Of a stretch of 64,000 bases of DNA, positions 19,231 to 28,482 are shown piece after piece (the first letter of the stretch is position 1; every line of letters begins with the position of its first letter). The position numbers were made by a program, and so were the translations under genes. Below the pieces are notes generated by a model. It saw only the letters and a list, made by a program, of their open reading frames with translations, made no database searches and had not been told where the DNA came from. Source of the DNA: Candidatus Enterousia sp. (GTDB lineage Bacteria; Pseudomonadota; Alphaproteobacteria; Rs-D84); assembly GCA_045613785.1 (NCBI GenBank), contig JAZLBQ010000024.1:49572-113571 (forward strand), in the 5' to 3' direction.

Positions 19231-20151
19231 TTATTGTGTGTTTGTTGGTTCAGATTGTTCGTATGTGTCTGAAATTGTTATCTGAACATTTTGTGAAGTT
19301 GCGGGGATAAGTGTTATGTATAAAATTGTGCTTATCAATATCGTCAGATTAAATATCATTGTTGCAGTTGAATATTTTTTATCAATGCTTTTTATGAACT
19401 TTTTTTGCCCACTTTGAATAACCCAAAGACCAAATATCAGTGCAAGGGAAAAGGTTAGAAGTGTTGTGCCAAAACCAAAGAAAAAACCGGAAATCAATGT
19501 GATGAATATGTAAGATGTGATTGTATGTGTTGGATGTGCAATAATCCAATCGTGGATTTTTTTATAGGTCGGTGTTGTTGGTATGATAGAAGAAGTGTTC
19601 TGTGTTGGTGTGTTCAGGATATAACCAGGTGTCCACAGGGCGGAAAAACCAAAAGGAACACAAAGTATTATTTTCCAGGTCGGGATATTAAATGCACGAA
19701 TTTTGCGGAATTTAGCATATGCATTTGCAATGAGCAGTCCAATTATAAATAAATAGAACATCAGGCCTGCAATCAAGGCTAGTAGAAAGCCTGATGAGAT
19801 TTGTGTTTCAAGCATCAGTAGATTGAATAAAATTTGCTGAGCATATTTAATTACGAAGAAAGAAGAAAGTAAAAATGCAGAAGTCAAAATCAGGGTTTGA
19901 GAATTATGTATTGTGATAAAAGATGATTGATCCAGATTTGTTTTTGGTAGTGTTCGAACTTGAACAAAAGCCCCAAATATCAAGGAAAGCGTTGTTATTG
20001 TTAGCACGGATGTGCGACTTATTTGTGTGGGGTTAAACATTAGGCTGAAAATGAAAGCGACCACAATCATTGTGCCAAACGAAATCAGTGCGAATTTTAA
20101 AGGCGACCAAAATGTCCAGGTTGATAAACGTTGTGTGGTGTTTGATTTCAT
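19231..20151 (-). CDS. Hypothetical integral membrane protein
   Basis: About 7-8 hydrophobic segments; GGAAGGA RBS. Confidence 0.7.
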   Translation of the reverse strand: MKSNTTQRLSTWTFWSPLKFALISFGTMIVVAFIFSLMFNPTQISRTSVLTITTLSLIFGAFVQVRTLPKTNLDQSSFITIHNSQTLILTSAFLLSSFFVIKYAQQILFNLLMLETQISSGFLLALIAGLMFYLFIIGLLIANAYAKFRKIRAFNIPTWKIILCVPFGFSALWTPGYILNTPTQNTSSIIPTTPTYKKIHDWIIAHPTHTITSYIFITLISGFFFGFGTTLLTFSLALIFGLWVIQSGQKKFIKSIDKKYSTATMIFNLTILISTILYITLIPATSQNVQITISDTYEQSEPTNTQ

Positions 20152-20173
20152 TTTTTCCTTCCTTTTTTGTTCT

Positions 20174-20851
20174 TTATTCTATCACAATTTTTCCATTGGA
20201 TAAAGTTGTCGTGTTTGTTGGTGCGACTAGTTCTGTGAACTTTGATTGGTGCGATATAAATAAAAATGTTGTGTTTGACATTGTGTGAATTGTGTCCGCA
20301 ATCAGTTGTTGGGTTTTTGTGTCTGCACCAGAGTCTGGTTCGTCAAGGATTGCTAACTTTGGTTGGGTTAAAAGCAGTTGTAATAACATCAAACGTTTGC
20401 GTTCACCGCCAGAAAATCCAACGTTTATACTGCGGTTTAACCATTGTTTTGGAATGTCTAGGGCACTTCGTGCGTTTTCTAAATTTTGCAGAAATTCGCC
20501 CATAGATAAATCGTGGCCTGTGCGGAAATGCGTGTGTGCAACAAGTGAGTGTTTCAGAAAACTGATAACTGTCAGACCTGGGATTTCTGGAACGTTTTGA
20601 GAACCGATAAATAATCCTAGTAATGCACGTGTTGTAATGTTTTCGTGTGTTATATCGTGGCCGTCAAATATGATTTTGCCAGATGAGATTGTGTATTCTG
20701 GGTTGCCAGCAATTGTTTGTGCCAGGGTCGATTTGCCAGAACCGTTATGACCGCAAAGCAGGTGGCGTTCGCCAGGTGCTATGTTTAGGTTTATGTCCGA
20801 TAGTAATTTTGTGTCGCCTAGGTTGACGTTTAGATTTTCGATTTTTAGCAT
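20174..20851 (-). CDS. sufC: Fe-S assembly ATPase SufC
   Basis: GHNGSGKST, FSGGERKR, ILDEPDSG motifs; adjacent to sufB. Confidence 0.93.
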   Translation of the reverse strand: MLKIENLNVNLGDTKLLSDINLNIAPGERHLLCGHNGSGKSTLAQTIAGNPEYTISSGKIIFDGHDITHENITTRALLGLFIGSQNVPEIPGLTVISFLKHSLVAHTHFRTGHDLSMGEFLQNLENARSALDIPKQWLNRSINVGFSGGERKRLMLLQLLLTQPKLAILDEPDSGADTKTQQLIADTIHTMSNTTFLFISHQSKFTELVAPTNTTTLSNGKIVIE

Positions 20852-20855
20852 TCGT

Positions 20856-22184
20856 TTAGTCCTTTGATAATGCCATTTGAATTAGTTGTTTAGACTCAAC
20901 CAAAAATTCCATCGGCAGACGTGATAGAATTGGGGTCGCAGCAGCACCAATGATTAGTGCAATTGCTGTATCTGTTTCAAGCCCAGCAGCATTTAGGTAT
21001 ACCAGTGTTGCAGCGTCGATTGTGCCTGTTGTTGCCTCGTGTGATTGGGTGTTGTTGTTGCCGTTGTGAATTATTCGGGGCAGGGTGTTTGCAGTTGCGG
21101 TGCTGGTTAGCAGGCGACTGTCGCATTTTGATGCGTTAGTGCAGTTGTTGCCGGAAAATGATACCAGACTGCGAAACGTTTGTGATGATATGTCTGTGGC
21201 AACGCCATATGAAACAATATTTGATGTTGAATTATCACCAATGTGAATCATTTTTGTGCCAGTATCTGCCATTTGGGCACCGTGTGTGATTGACAGTGAA
21301 TAAAAGTCGCTGTACGCATTGTTTCCAAGTAAAATCGTAGATGGATATTTCCAGGTTAGGGCACTGCCGACTTCTATTTGTGTCCAAAGTAATTTTGCAT
21401 TGTCGTGGCATTTTCCACGCTTGGTTACAAAGTTTAATATGCCACCAGTATTTTTTGTGCCGTCAAAATCGCCTGCAAACCAATTTTGGACGGTCGAGTA
21501 TTTTACAGTAGCGTTATCCAAAGCAACTATTTCTACAACCCCACTGTGTAATTGGTGGTTGGGGCGACGTGGGGCACTGCAACCTTCCATATAACTAAGT
21601 TCAGAGCCTTGGTCTGCGATGATAAGTGTGCGTTCAAATTGACCGATTTTTGCAGTTTCAATTCTGAAATAACTGGCTAGGTCAATTGGACATTTTGTGT
21701 TTGGTGGAATATAGACAAATGTTCCATCAGAAAATACAGCAGCGTTTAATGCGGCGAAAAAGTTGTCGGATGCAGGAACAACGCTGCCTAGATATTTTTT
21801 TACCAGGTCTGGATGTTGTTGGACAGCGTCAGAAAAAGGTAGGAATATTATGCCTAGTTTTTCAAGTTCTGCGGTGTATGAAGTGTGAACAGAACGGCTG
21901 TCGATTACGGTGTCTGTTGCCATGCCTAGAAGGGCTTGCTTTTCGCTTTCTGGTAGCCCCATTTTATCATAGACAGATGCTAAATCAGAATTGTCAATAG
22001 GGGCAGGTTCGTTGTAATAATTTAATTCGTCATAGTTTATGGGCTGATAGTCTATGTCGCCCCAATGTGGTTCAGATAATTTCTTCCAGGTGTGAAATGC
22101 ATCAATACGCCATTGTAGTAACCACGCAGGCTCGTTTCGGGTGGCAGATATTTGGCGAATAAGATTTTCACATAGTTTTGTCAT
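20856..22184 (-). CDS. sufB: Fe-S assembly scaffold SufB
   Basis: GQFERTLI, YMEGCSAP, YSTVQNW, TWKYP, DTGTKMIH, CDS and HEAT motifs. Confidence 0.96.
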   Translation of the reverse strand: MTKLCENLIRQISATRNEPAWLLQWRIDAFHTWKKLSEPHWGDIDYQPINYDELNYYNEPAPIDNSDLASVYDKMGLPESEKQALLGMATDTVIDSRSVHTSYTAELEKLGIIFLPFSDAVQQHPDLVKKYLGSVVPASDNFFAALNAAVFSDGTFVYIPPNTKCPIDLASYFRIETAKIGQFERTLIIADQGSELSYMEGCSAPRRPNHQLHSGVVEIVALDNATVKYSTVQNWFAGDFDGTKNTGGILNFVTKRGKCHDNAKLLWTQIEVGSALTWKYPSTILLGNNAYSDFYSLSITHGAQMADTGTKMIHIGDNSTSNIVSYGVATDISSQTFRSLVSFSGNNCTNASKCDSRLLTSTATANTLPRIIHNGNNNTQSHEATTGTIDAATLVYLNAAGLETDTAIALIIGAAATPILSRLPMEFLVESKQLIQMALSKD

Positions 22185-22193
22185 TTCTTTGGT

Positions 22194-22736
22194 TTAACTG
22201 CTTTGGGCGGCAAGTTGCTTTGCCTGGGCAAAAAATGTCATCGATTGCCCCAGCAATCCGTCCGTAAATGTATTTGACAGTAAACCATCTGGTTCGGTCG
22301 TTGTCAAATGGTGCAAGAAATTATCTGCACGACGGATATAGTTGTCGATGTTGCGGGCAACTTCAGAGTCTAGTTTGATTGCACGGCGTAATTTTTCAAG
22401 GGCAAATGGATTTTTTGCATACTCGTCCATTATTCCCCCTAGTGCACGCCATAGTGGGTGTTCAGGGGTGTTGCGTGGCATAATGTCAATTGATGCCATT
22501 ATCGGTATCAGGTTTTGTAGTAAGTCTTGGTATATCATTTCGGCGTTTTCAGCAACCGCATTGGTCGCAGATTTGGTCTTTAACACTGATTGGATTTTTA
22601 CAATCAGGGCGTATTGATGGTCTTGGGTTTTGGTAATGTTGCCAATTTGGGCGTTGATGCGATAGATGTAGAAAAGGATTGTGCCTGAAATCAACGTGAT
22701 TAAAAATAAGCCCCCAAATATAATGGCGTTTTCCAT
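22194..22736 (-). CDS. Hypothetical single-pass membrane protein
   Basis: N-terminal TM followed by a helical domain; AGGGGG RBS. Confidence 0.65.
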   Translation of the reverse strand: MENAIIFGGLFLITLISGTILFYIYRINAQIGNITKTQDHQYALIVKIQSVLKTKSATNAVAENAEMIYQDLLQNLIPIMASIDIMPRNTPEHPLWRALGGIMDEYAKNPFALEKLRRAIKLDSEVARNIDNYIRRADNFLHHLTTTEPDGLLSNTFTDGLLGQSMTFFAQAKQLAAQSS

Positions 22737-22855
22737 AAATTTACCCCCTGGTGTGTTTGTGTGTCTTGATTGTGCCTAGTATAACATAAATTTTGCGATT
22801 CGTGCGGATTTATATAATCAGAAATTTTTTGATTGTTTTATGTGTGTTTTAGGTC

Positions 22856-22884
22856 TTGCACAGATTCGGTCAAATTGTTATAAT
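22856..22884 (+). promoter_or_regulatory. Sigma70 promoter with GATTCG in the spacer (TcpQ/secretin operon)
   Basis: TTGCAC-agattcggtcaaattgt(17)-TATAAT. Confidence 0.65.
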
Positions 22885-22925
22885 ATTTATTAAATAAGGA
22901 TATATATTAGGAAAGGAAGACGGTT

Positions 22926-23873
22926 ATGTTCCGCAAAATTTTGATTGTAGCAATGTTTGCAACGGCGGCTGGATATTGTTTTGCTGCAAATTCTTTGCCG
23001 CAGGTTGTTACGTCTCATGTGTTCTATGAACAAGACAGAATTGTCGATGAACAGGTTGATACAACACAGGTCGATGTCGAAGAAAATGTTCAGGTCGCAC
23101 GTGAAGTGCCTGCATGGCCATTGGCAGGGTCTGATGCAGACGTAGAAGTGGCTTGCGAAGGGGCGTTGTGTTCTAAGACTAAACAGCAGGATAATATTCG
23201 TATCGTGTCCAAAGTCGGGGCTGATTTAGTTGTCGAAAATAATTTTAACCTGGGGGCACGTGGTGAATTTGCTGGCTGGTCAGGTGGGGCAAATATGCTG
23301 CATGGAAACCAAATTCCTGTTGGATTCGCAGATGAATGTGATGGCTCTTCGGAAATGCCGTTGTTGCATCGTGAGGTTCTGGAAGATGATGGCGGTAATG
23401 TTTTGGCTGTTTCACGTAGTAGTCGTAAAACATGTGGAAAATATGCAGATGGATATGAAGCCTTTGCAGTCCGTAATGGTATGAAGGTAGAAGGTGTAAC
23501 TGCAGATGGTATGCGTATTTCTAATACAACGGGTGATGGCACAGTCGTTATCGAAGAAGAAACAGAAATTGCAGTTGATACATCGGCAGATGCAGAAGCA
23601 CCAGCTGTCTTGACAGATCAAGTTCGTTCATGGGTTGTGGCAAATGGTCAGACCTTGCGTGAAGTTTTGCAGTCTTGGTGTGATAAGGAAGGCTGGGATT
23701 TGGTTTGGACAACTTCTCGTGAATACCCAATAGAGGCAAGTGCAGTGTTTAAAGGGCGTTTTGTCGATGTTGCGTCTGCGTTGGTTCGTAACTTTGGACG
23801 TGCGACACCTGTCCCATATGCAAAATTCTATAAAGGTAATAGAGTGTTGGTCATTTCAACAACAGAAGAATAA
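22926..23873 (+). CDS. Exported protein with C-terminal TcpQ domain (type IVb pilus)
   Basis: Signal peptide; W-x-V...GQTLREVLQSW...GWDLVW...YPIEASAVF-x-G-x-F...GNRVLVI; directly upstream of a secretin. Confidence 0.75.
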   Translation: MFRKILIVAMFATAAGYCFAANSLPQVVTSHVFYEQDRIVDEQVDTTQVDVEENVQVAREVPAWPLAGSDADVEVACEGALCSKTKQQDNIRIVSKVGADLVVENNFNLGARGEFAGWSGGANMLHGNQIPVGFADECDGSSEMPLLHREVLEDDGGNVLAVSRSSRKTCGKYADGYEAFAVRNGMKVEGVTADGMRISNTTGDGTVVIEEETEIAVDTSADAEAPAVLTDQVRSWVVANGQTLREVLQSWCDKEGWDLVWTTSREYPIEASAVFKGRFVDVASALVRNFGRATPVPYAKFYKGNRVLVISTTEE

Positions 23874-23908
23874 TTTTCTGGAACAAGATGTCGTAGGAGA
23901 AAATAATT

Positions 23909-25537
23909 ATGAAAATTCCATTTAAACTTTTAATTTTGGGCAGTTTGATTTTTGCAACAATGACAGGCTGTGCCAGAAAAGAGTCTGCCAAGGTCGCGGC
24001 ATCTGTTGATCAGGATTTTATAAATGCTTATGATGCATTCGAAATGGCTAAAAACCCAAGAGCCAAAGTCGCAACAGGTGATACAGTTTCTATGTCAGAG
24101 GGTGTTTGGTTGGGCAGTAAATCGATGGTTTTGGAACATCGTAATAATTTGCCTTCTAAATTTGAAACTGATACAGGTGTAACAATTTTATTAGATGAAC
24201 CTGTTTCTTTGCAGGTTTTGGCAAATGATATTTATTCGATAACAGGTATCCCCGTTAAAATCGATGGTCAGGTTTCAGCAGAAAAATTAAAAAAACAGGT
24301 AAATATCGCTTATACCGGAAAATTGTCAGGATTGTTGAGCCAGGTCGCAACTGATTTGGATTTGCTGTGGTATTATGATAAAAATTCTATTGTGTTCTAT
24401 GAAACAGAAACGAAAACATTTACTTTGTATGCATTAGGAACAGAAGTTGCATATCAGACATCTGTTTCGACAGATAATTCTAATGAAGTGTCTTTGGAAT
24501 CTACGTTGAAAGAGTGGGATGAAGTTGAAAGTGCGATTTCTTCAATTATTGGTAAGGCTTCAAATGCAGACTTTACTGTTTCTCGTAGTTTGGGAACAAT
24601 CACAGTGACGGCATCACCGTCCATTTTGGCACGTGTTGGCGAATATATTGAACGTCAAAATAAACGTTTAAGCCAGTTGATTACAATTGATGTAAAGGTT
24701 TTGCAGGTTACAATTTCAAATGATTCTGCATTTGGTTTGAACTTGGCGGCAGCAATAAATTCTGCTTCTGGGTTGAATATTGTTGCAAATCCAAAAAATA
24801 ATTTGGCATCAACTGAGGCTAGTTCGATGAATATTGCGGTTCTGTCAAATACAGTTTCTGCATTGACTGGTGCGACACATCAGGAAGGCTCTTCAACCGT
24901 TGAAGGGGCATATACTAACGACCAGATTATGAATGGTTCTTTGTCAGGGGCGGCTGGTAGTAATGCTTTGATTCAGGCGTTGGCAAAGCAAGGTAAGGTT
25001 TCTTTGGTCACAAATGTTGGCGTTACAACACGTTCAAATCGTGTTGCACCAGTCAGCAATACCAGAACAACTGGTTATATCAAACGTTTCGAATCTAGAA
25101 ACTTTACAACAGTCGAATCTAGCACTGTTGACCAAGATGATTTGGAAACAGGATTTACAATGCAGCTGTTGCCAAATGTATTAGAAAATGGTCGAATCTT
25201 GTTGTTGTTCCGTATGTCTGTTCGTGAATTGTTGCGTATGTCAACCCAGACAATTGGTGAAGTAACTTTGCAGTTGCCAGAGGTTGAAGAACGTAGCTTT
25301 ATGCAGGAAGTAATTATGGAATCTGGCCAAATGCTGGTTGTTTCAGGATTTGAAAAACAGACTAATGAAGATACTCGTTATGGCTTAGGTGATCCTGACT
25401 TTATGGCGTTGTCTGGTTCTCGTGAAACATCGGCAACTCGTGAGGTCTTGGTGGTTATCTTGACTCCACAGGTTTTGGTTAGCCCAATGGATGTAGAACG
25501 TGGGATACAACAGCACTGGGGTGCACCACTGAACTAA
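23909..25537 (+). CDS. Lipoprotein secretin of the PilN/BfpB/TcpC (type IVb pilus) type
   Basis: Lipobox MTGC; secretin motifs IDVKVLQV, ALAKQGKVSLV, LETGFTMQLLP, SGQMLVVSGF, LVVILTP. Confidence 0.85.
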   Translation: MKIPFKLLILGSLIFATMTGCARKESAKVAASVDQDFINAYDAFEMAKNPRAKVATGDTVSMSEGVWLGSKSMVLEHRNNLPSKFETDTGVTILLDEPVSLQVLANDIYSITGIPVKIDGQVSAEKLKKQVNIAYTGKLSGLLSQVATDLDLLWYYDKNSIVFYETETKTFTLYALGTEVAYQTSVSTDNSNEVSLESTLKEWDEVESAISSIIGKASNADFTVSRSLGTITVTASPSILARVGEYIERQNKRLSQLITIDVKVLQVTISNDSAFGLNLAAAINSASGLNIVANPKNNLASTEASSMNIAVLSNTVSALTGATHQEGSSTVEGAYTNDQIMNGSLSGAAGSNALIQALAKQGKVSLVTNVGVTTRSNRVAPVSNTRTTGYIKRFESRNFTTVESSTVDQDDLETGFTMQLLPNVLENGRILLLFRMSVRELLRMSTQTIGEVTLQLPEVEERSFMQEVIMESGQMLVVSGFEKQTNEDTRYGLGDPDFMALSGSRETSATREVLVVILTPQVLVSPMDVERGIQQHWGAPLN

Positions 25538-25744
25538 ATTAAATATAATAATTCATCTATGCGTAAATCCGCTGGCTCATGTATGTTCAATGCACTACGC
25601 CAGCGGATTTTCACATATCTAAATAATTCTATTTAATTTCACTTATTTGTTGATAATTCATCTGTGAATGGTGTCGTTTCCTTGTGTCGCTTCTGGGCAC
25701 TGCGGGGACGACACTGTCCGCATCTAAATCATTTTATTTAATTT
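25536..25744 (+). repeat. Tandem palindromic element, units A then B
   Basis: Unit A stem AAATCCGCTGGC(25565-76)/GCCAGCGGATTT(25599-610); unit B (about 25652-25744) long wobble stem; both begin ATAATTCATCT and end ATCTAAA..ATT(C/T)TATTTAATTT; homologous to 51214-51415. Confidence 0.9.
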
Positions 25745-25882
25745 TTTTGTGTTGAAAACTCGTGTCTTTATAAATTGTCATGTTTTATATAAAGTTTAGC
25801 ACATTAGTATGTTTTGTTTGTTGTGTGCTAAGTTGTTGTTTATATGTGTTTTTTTATGCTGATAAGAAAGCTGATTTTTTTG

Positions 25883-25912
25883 TTGCGACAGATTCGGTTT
25901 TTTTCTTATAAT
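25883..25912 (+). promoter_or_regulatory. Sigma70 promoter with GATTCG in the spacer
   Basis: TTGCGA-cagattcggtttttttct(18)-TATAAT. Confidence 0.55.
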
Positions 25913-25977
25913 GGTGTCGTAGGATTGAATGAAGTGCTGGTGGTTATTTTGGTGGCATTTTCATTAAACGGGAATTT

Positions 25978-26379
25978 ATGATGTTAAAACGGATTGTTGC
26001 AATTTGTATATTTTGCCTGGGGGGATTTTATTTCCCAGGTGTTTCTTATGCAAATTTAACTTCCAAGGGTTATGTAGATGCAATTGTAGCAGCTGTTGCA
26101 AGCAGTAAAGTCGATAAGACTGAATTTAATAGTCATGCAAGTAATAATTCTAACCCACATGCAGTTACAGCAGCACAAGTTGGTTTGGGTAATGTGAAAA
26201 ATGTTGACCAGACTAATGCTGGTAATTTATCTTCTGGAACAGTTGCGTATGGTCGTTTGCCGGTTGGTAATACCGCTAATACTGTGGCGGCTGGTGATGA
26301 TGTGCGTTTTGGAACAATTCCGACTGTTGCACCAACAGGCACACCGCCAGAAGGACAGGTTTATGTCTGGTTTAATTAG
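25978..26379 (+). CDS. Exported small protein made of phage tail-fibre-like motifs
   Basis: Signal peptide; NLTSKGYVD, NPHAVTAAQVGLGNVKN, NTVAAGDDVRF. Confidence 0.65.
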   Translation: MMLKRIVAICIFCLGGFYFPGVSYANLTSKGYVDAIVAAVASSKVDKTEFNSHASNNSNPHAVTAAQVGLGNVKNVDQTNAGNLSSGTVAYGRLPVGNTANTVAAGDDVRFGTIPTVAPTGTPPEGQVYVWFN

Positions 26380-26388
26380 GGTTGTGTA

Positions 26389-27381
26389 ATGCCTGCAATA
26401 AATATTGCTGATATTCAAATTGTTTTGCAGACGGTTCAGACAACACAACCGGCACTTAAGTTCATGGATTCTTCTGGAAATCTTTACTATGCAGAAGCTC
26501 ATTTGGGGGCCTGTGCTGACAGTTTAGTCGTTGGTGATGGTGATGCATCGTGGACAATCGGAAAATCAACATTGGTTTATGAGGCAACAAAATTTGACTC
26601 GTGTGAAAAGGTAAGTTTAAGTCCGGGGTGTTATTCGGTTGTGCTTATGGGTGGTAAAGGTGGTGCTGGTGGTAATAATGGAGATGAAGGCTCTGTAACT
26701 ACAGAAGAGTATTTGAGTTTTAATTTATATCAGACAACTGATGTTTATCTTTTACGTGGCAGTGATGGTAAGGCAGGTGGCGTGAATTCGTCGGGTGGTT
26801 TGTATTCTGGCGGCGGTGGCGGTGCATCTGGTGTGCCAAGTTTTTTTGCCGTTGATGGTAAATATATTATTTCCCAGGGTGGAACAGGTGGAACTGGTGC
26901 TGTCGCAACAAAGTCTGATGGTACGGCACAGGATTGTGCAGCAGGTGGTGGCGGCGGTATAAGTGGGGCTCAATCAGGCATGGGGTCTGTTGGTGCGGAT
27001 GCTTGGGATGCTAAAGGCTTTGTTTGTGGTGCAGGTGGCGGTGGTTCGCTGGGTGGAAAAGGTGGTAATAAGTCGTCGGGTTTCTTGTATAATGGCTCAG
27101 CAGGATTGGATGCAACGGACACGTCGGGTGGTGATGGTGGAAGTTCGTCAATTGGCGGATTGTTAGGAACTAGTTCGTCGAGTGGCGGGGCAGGTGGTGC
27201 AAATGTTGCATATTCGTGTGGCGGTCAGACTTTTTATTCTTATGGTGGCGGCGGTGGCGGTGGTGCATCAATGGGTGGTTTGTTTGGAATTGGTGTAAAT
27301 GCAAACGGCGGTGTTGGTGGCAGTGGTGGGATTGGTTCAAGTTCAACCAGTTATGTCAAAATTTATCGCTTAGGTTTATAA
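26389..27381 (+). CDS. Glycine-rich protein (polyglycine-II sandwich / phage adhesin-like)
   Basis: Repeated GGKGGAGG, SGGGGGASG, AAGGGGG, YGGGGGGG blocks separated by variable loops, ending SYVKIYRL. Confidence 0.65.
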   Translation: MPAINIADIQIVLQTVQTTQPALKFMDSSGNLYYAEAHLGACADSLVVGDGDASWTIGKSTLVYEATKFDSCEKVSLSPGCYSVVLMGGKGGAGGNNGDEGSVTTEEYLSFNLYQTTDVYLLRGSDGKAGGVNSSGGLYSGGGGGASGVPSFFAVDGKYIISQGGTGGTGAVATKSDGTAQDCAAGGGGGISGAQSGMGSVGADAWDAKGFVCGAGGGGSLGGKGGNKSSGFLYNGSAGLDATDTSGGDGGSSSIGGLLGTSSSSGGAGGANVAYSCGGQTFYSYGGGGGGGASMGGLFGIGVNANGGVGGSGGIGSSSTSYVKIYRLGL

Positions 27382-27412
27382 GTTTTTTTTATTTCGTTAT
27401 TTGTTGAATAAA

Positions 27413-27437
27413 AAAAATCCCCAAACAGGGGATTTTT
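27413..27437. terminator. Bidirectional terminator
   Basis: AAAAATCCCC-aaaca-GGGGATTTTT between convergent genes. Confidence 0.8.
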
Positions 27438-27457
27438 AATTTTTTCTGAAATGGCAA

Positions 27458-27718
27458 TTATGCCATTTTAGCAACTTTTTTAGCCAAGCGAGAAATCTTG
27501 CGAGCTGCACGCTTCTTTGGCATGATTTTGCCAGCAGATTTCATAATCTTGCTTTCTGCATTGCGAGCCGCTGTTGTTGCAGCAGCCTTGTCCCCAGATT
27601 CAATGGCGACCAATGCTTTCTTCGTCGCTGTTTTAACAGCACTGCGACGTGATGTGTTGATTGCATTTTTCTTGGCAGTTACCAAAATTCTTTTTTCAGA
27701 TGACTTGTGATTTGCCAC
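27458..27718 (-). CDS. rpsT: 30S ribosomal protein S20
   Basis: MANHKSSEKR...N..RRS..KT..KK...AARKISRL. Confidence 0.96.
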   Translation of the reverse strand: MANHKSSEKRILVTAKKNAINTSRRSAVKTATKKALVAIESGDKAAATTAARNAESKIMKSAGKIMPKKRAARKISRLAKKVAKMA

Positions 27719-27791
27719 GTTATTTTCCTTTTATTTTTGTTTTGATTTTGCTATTTTATAAAAAACAAACATAAAATCAAGGAAAAATAAC

Positions 27792-28379
27792 ATGGTGAAC
27801 TTTATTGGAATAATTATTTCTTATTTGTTTGGCAGTGTGCCAATGGGTTTAATCCTGACAAAAATCGCAGGCAAGGGCGATTTGCGTAAGGTCGGCAGTG
27901 GTAATATCGGGGCAACAAATGTTATGCGGGTCGGTGGTTTGCGTATGGCAGGGTTGGTCTGGATTCTGGATATGGCCAAGGCAATCGCTGCTGTTTTCTT
28001 GGGAAAATATATCGCAGGTGAGGCATTCGGTGCGTGGTGTGGATTTGCCGCAATCGTTGGGCATTGCTATCCAATTTGGCTGAAGTTTAAGGGAGGTAAG
28101 GGGATTTCTTCGCTGTTTGGCGTGTTGTTGGCTGTCAGTCCTATTTCTTTTCTGACATGTGGGGCGTTGTGGTTGATTGTGGCGTTGAGTAGTGGGATTT
28201 CTTCGCTTGGGGCGTTGTTTGTTTTTTGCTATATCCCTGTGTTGGGGTTCTTAATCAGTCCGATGGTGGGTTGGGCTTTCCTGGCAATTGGTTTGTTGTG
28301 CATGTGGCGGCATCGGGAAAATATCAAGCGTTTGTTGGTCGGTAAAGAATCTAAAATTGAGTGGAAGTGGAAAAAATAA
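27792..28379 (+). CDS. plsY: Glycerol-3-phosphate acyltransferase PlsY
   Basis: GSGNIGATNVMR, D-x-x-K, GHCYPIW-x-x-FKGGKG and HRENI motifs. Confidence 0.96.
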   Translation: MVNFIGIIISYLFGSVPMGLILTKIAGKGDLRKVGSGNIGATNVMRVGGLRMAGLVWILDMAKAIAAVFLGKYIAGEAFGAWCGFAAIVGHCYPIWLKFKGGKGISSLFGVLLAVSPISFLTCGALWLIVALSSGISSLGALFVFCYIPVLGFLISPMVGWAFLAIGLLCMWRHRENIKRLLVGKESKIEWKWKK

Positions 28380-28482
28380 TCGGTAAAAGGGGTGTTTCGC
28401 CCCTTTTGTTTTTTATTTATTCTTTATTTTTTATGCTTTTTGTGGTATAATATGTTGTAAGATATCAAGAGGGAAGTGAGCG

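Noticed and set aside
25536-25744. Repeat units as a CRISPR array or integron attC sites
   Set aside because: Only two units per locus, the 'spacers' are self-complementary and recur, there are no cas or integrase genes, and no RYYYAAC/GTTRRRY ends
25978-27381. Prophage remnant
   Set aside because: No capsid, terminase, integrase or lysis genes; intact ORFs with a signal peptide, a host-type promoter and housekeeping flanks
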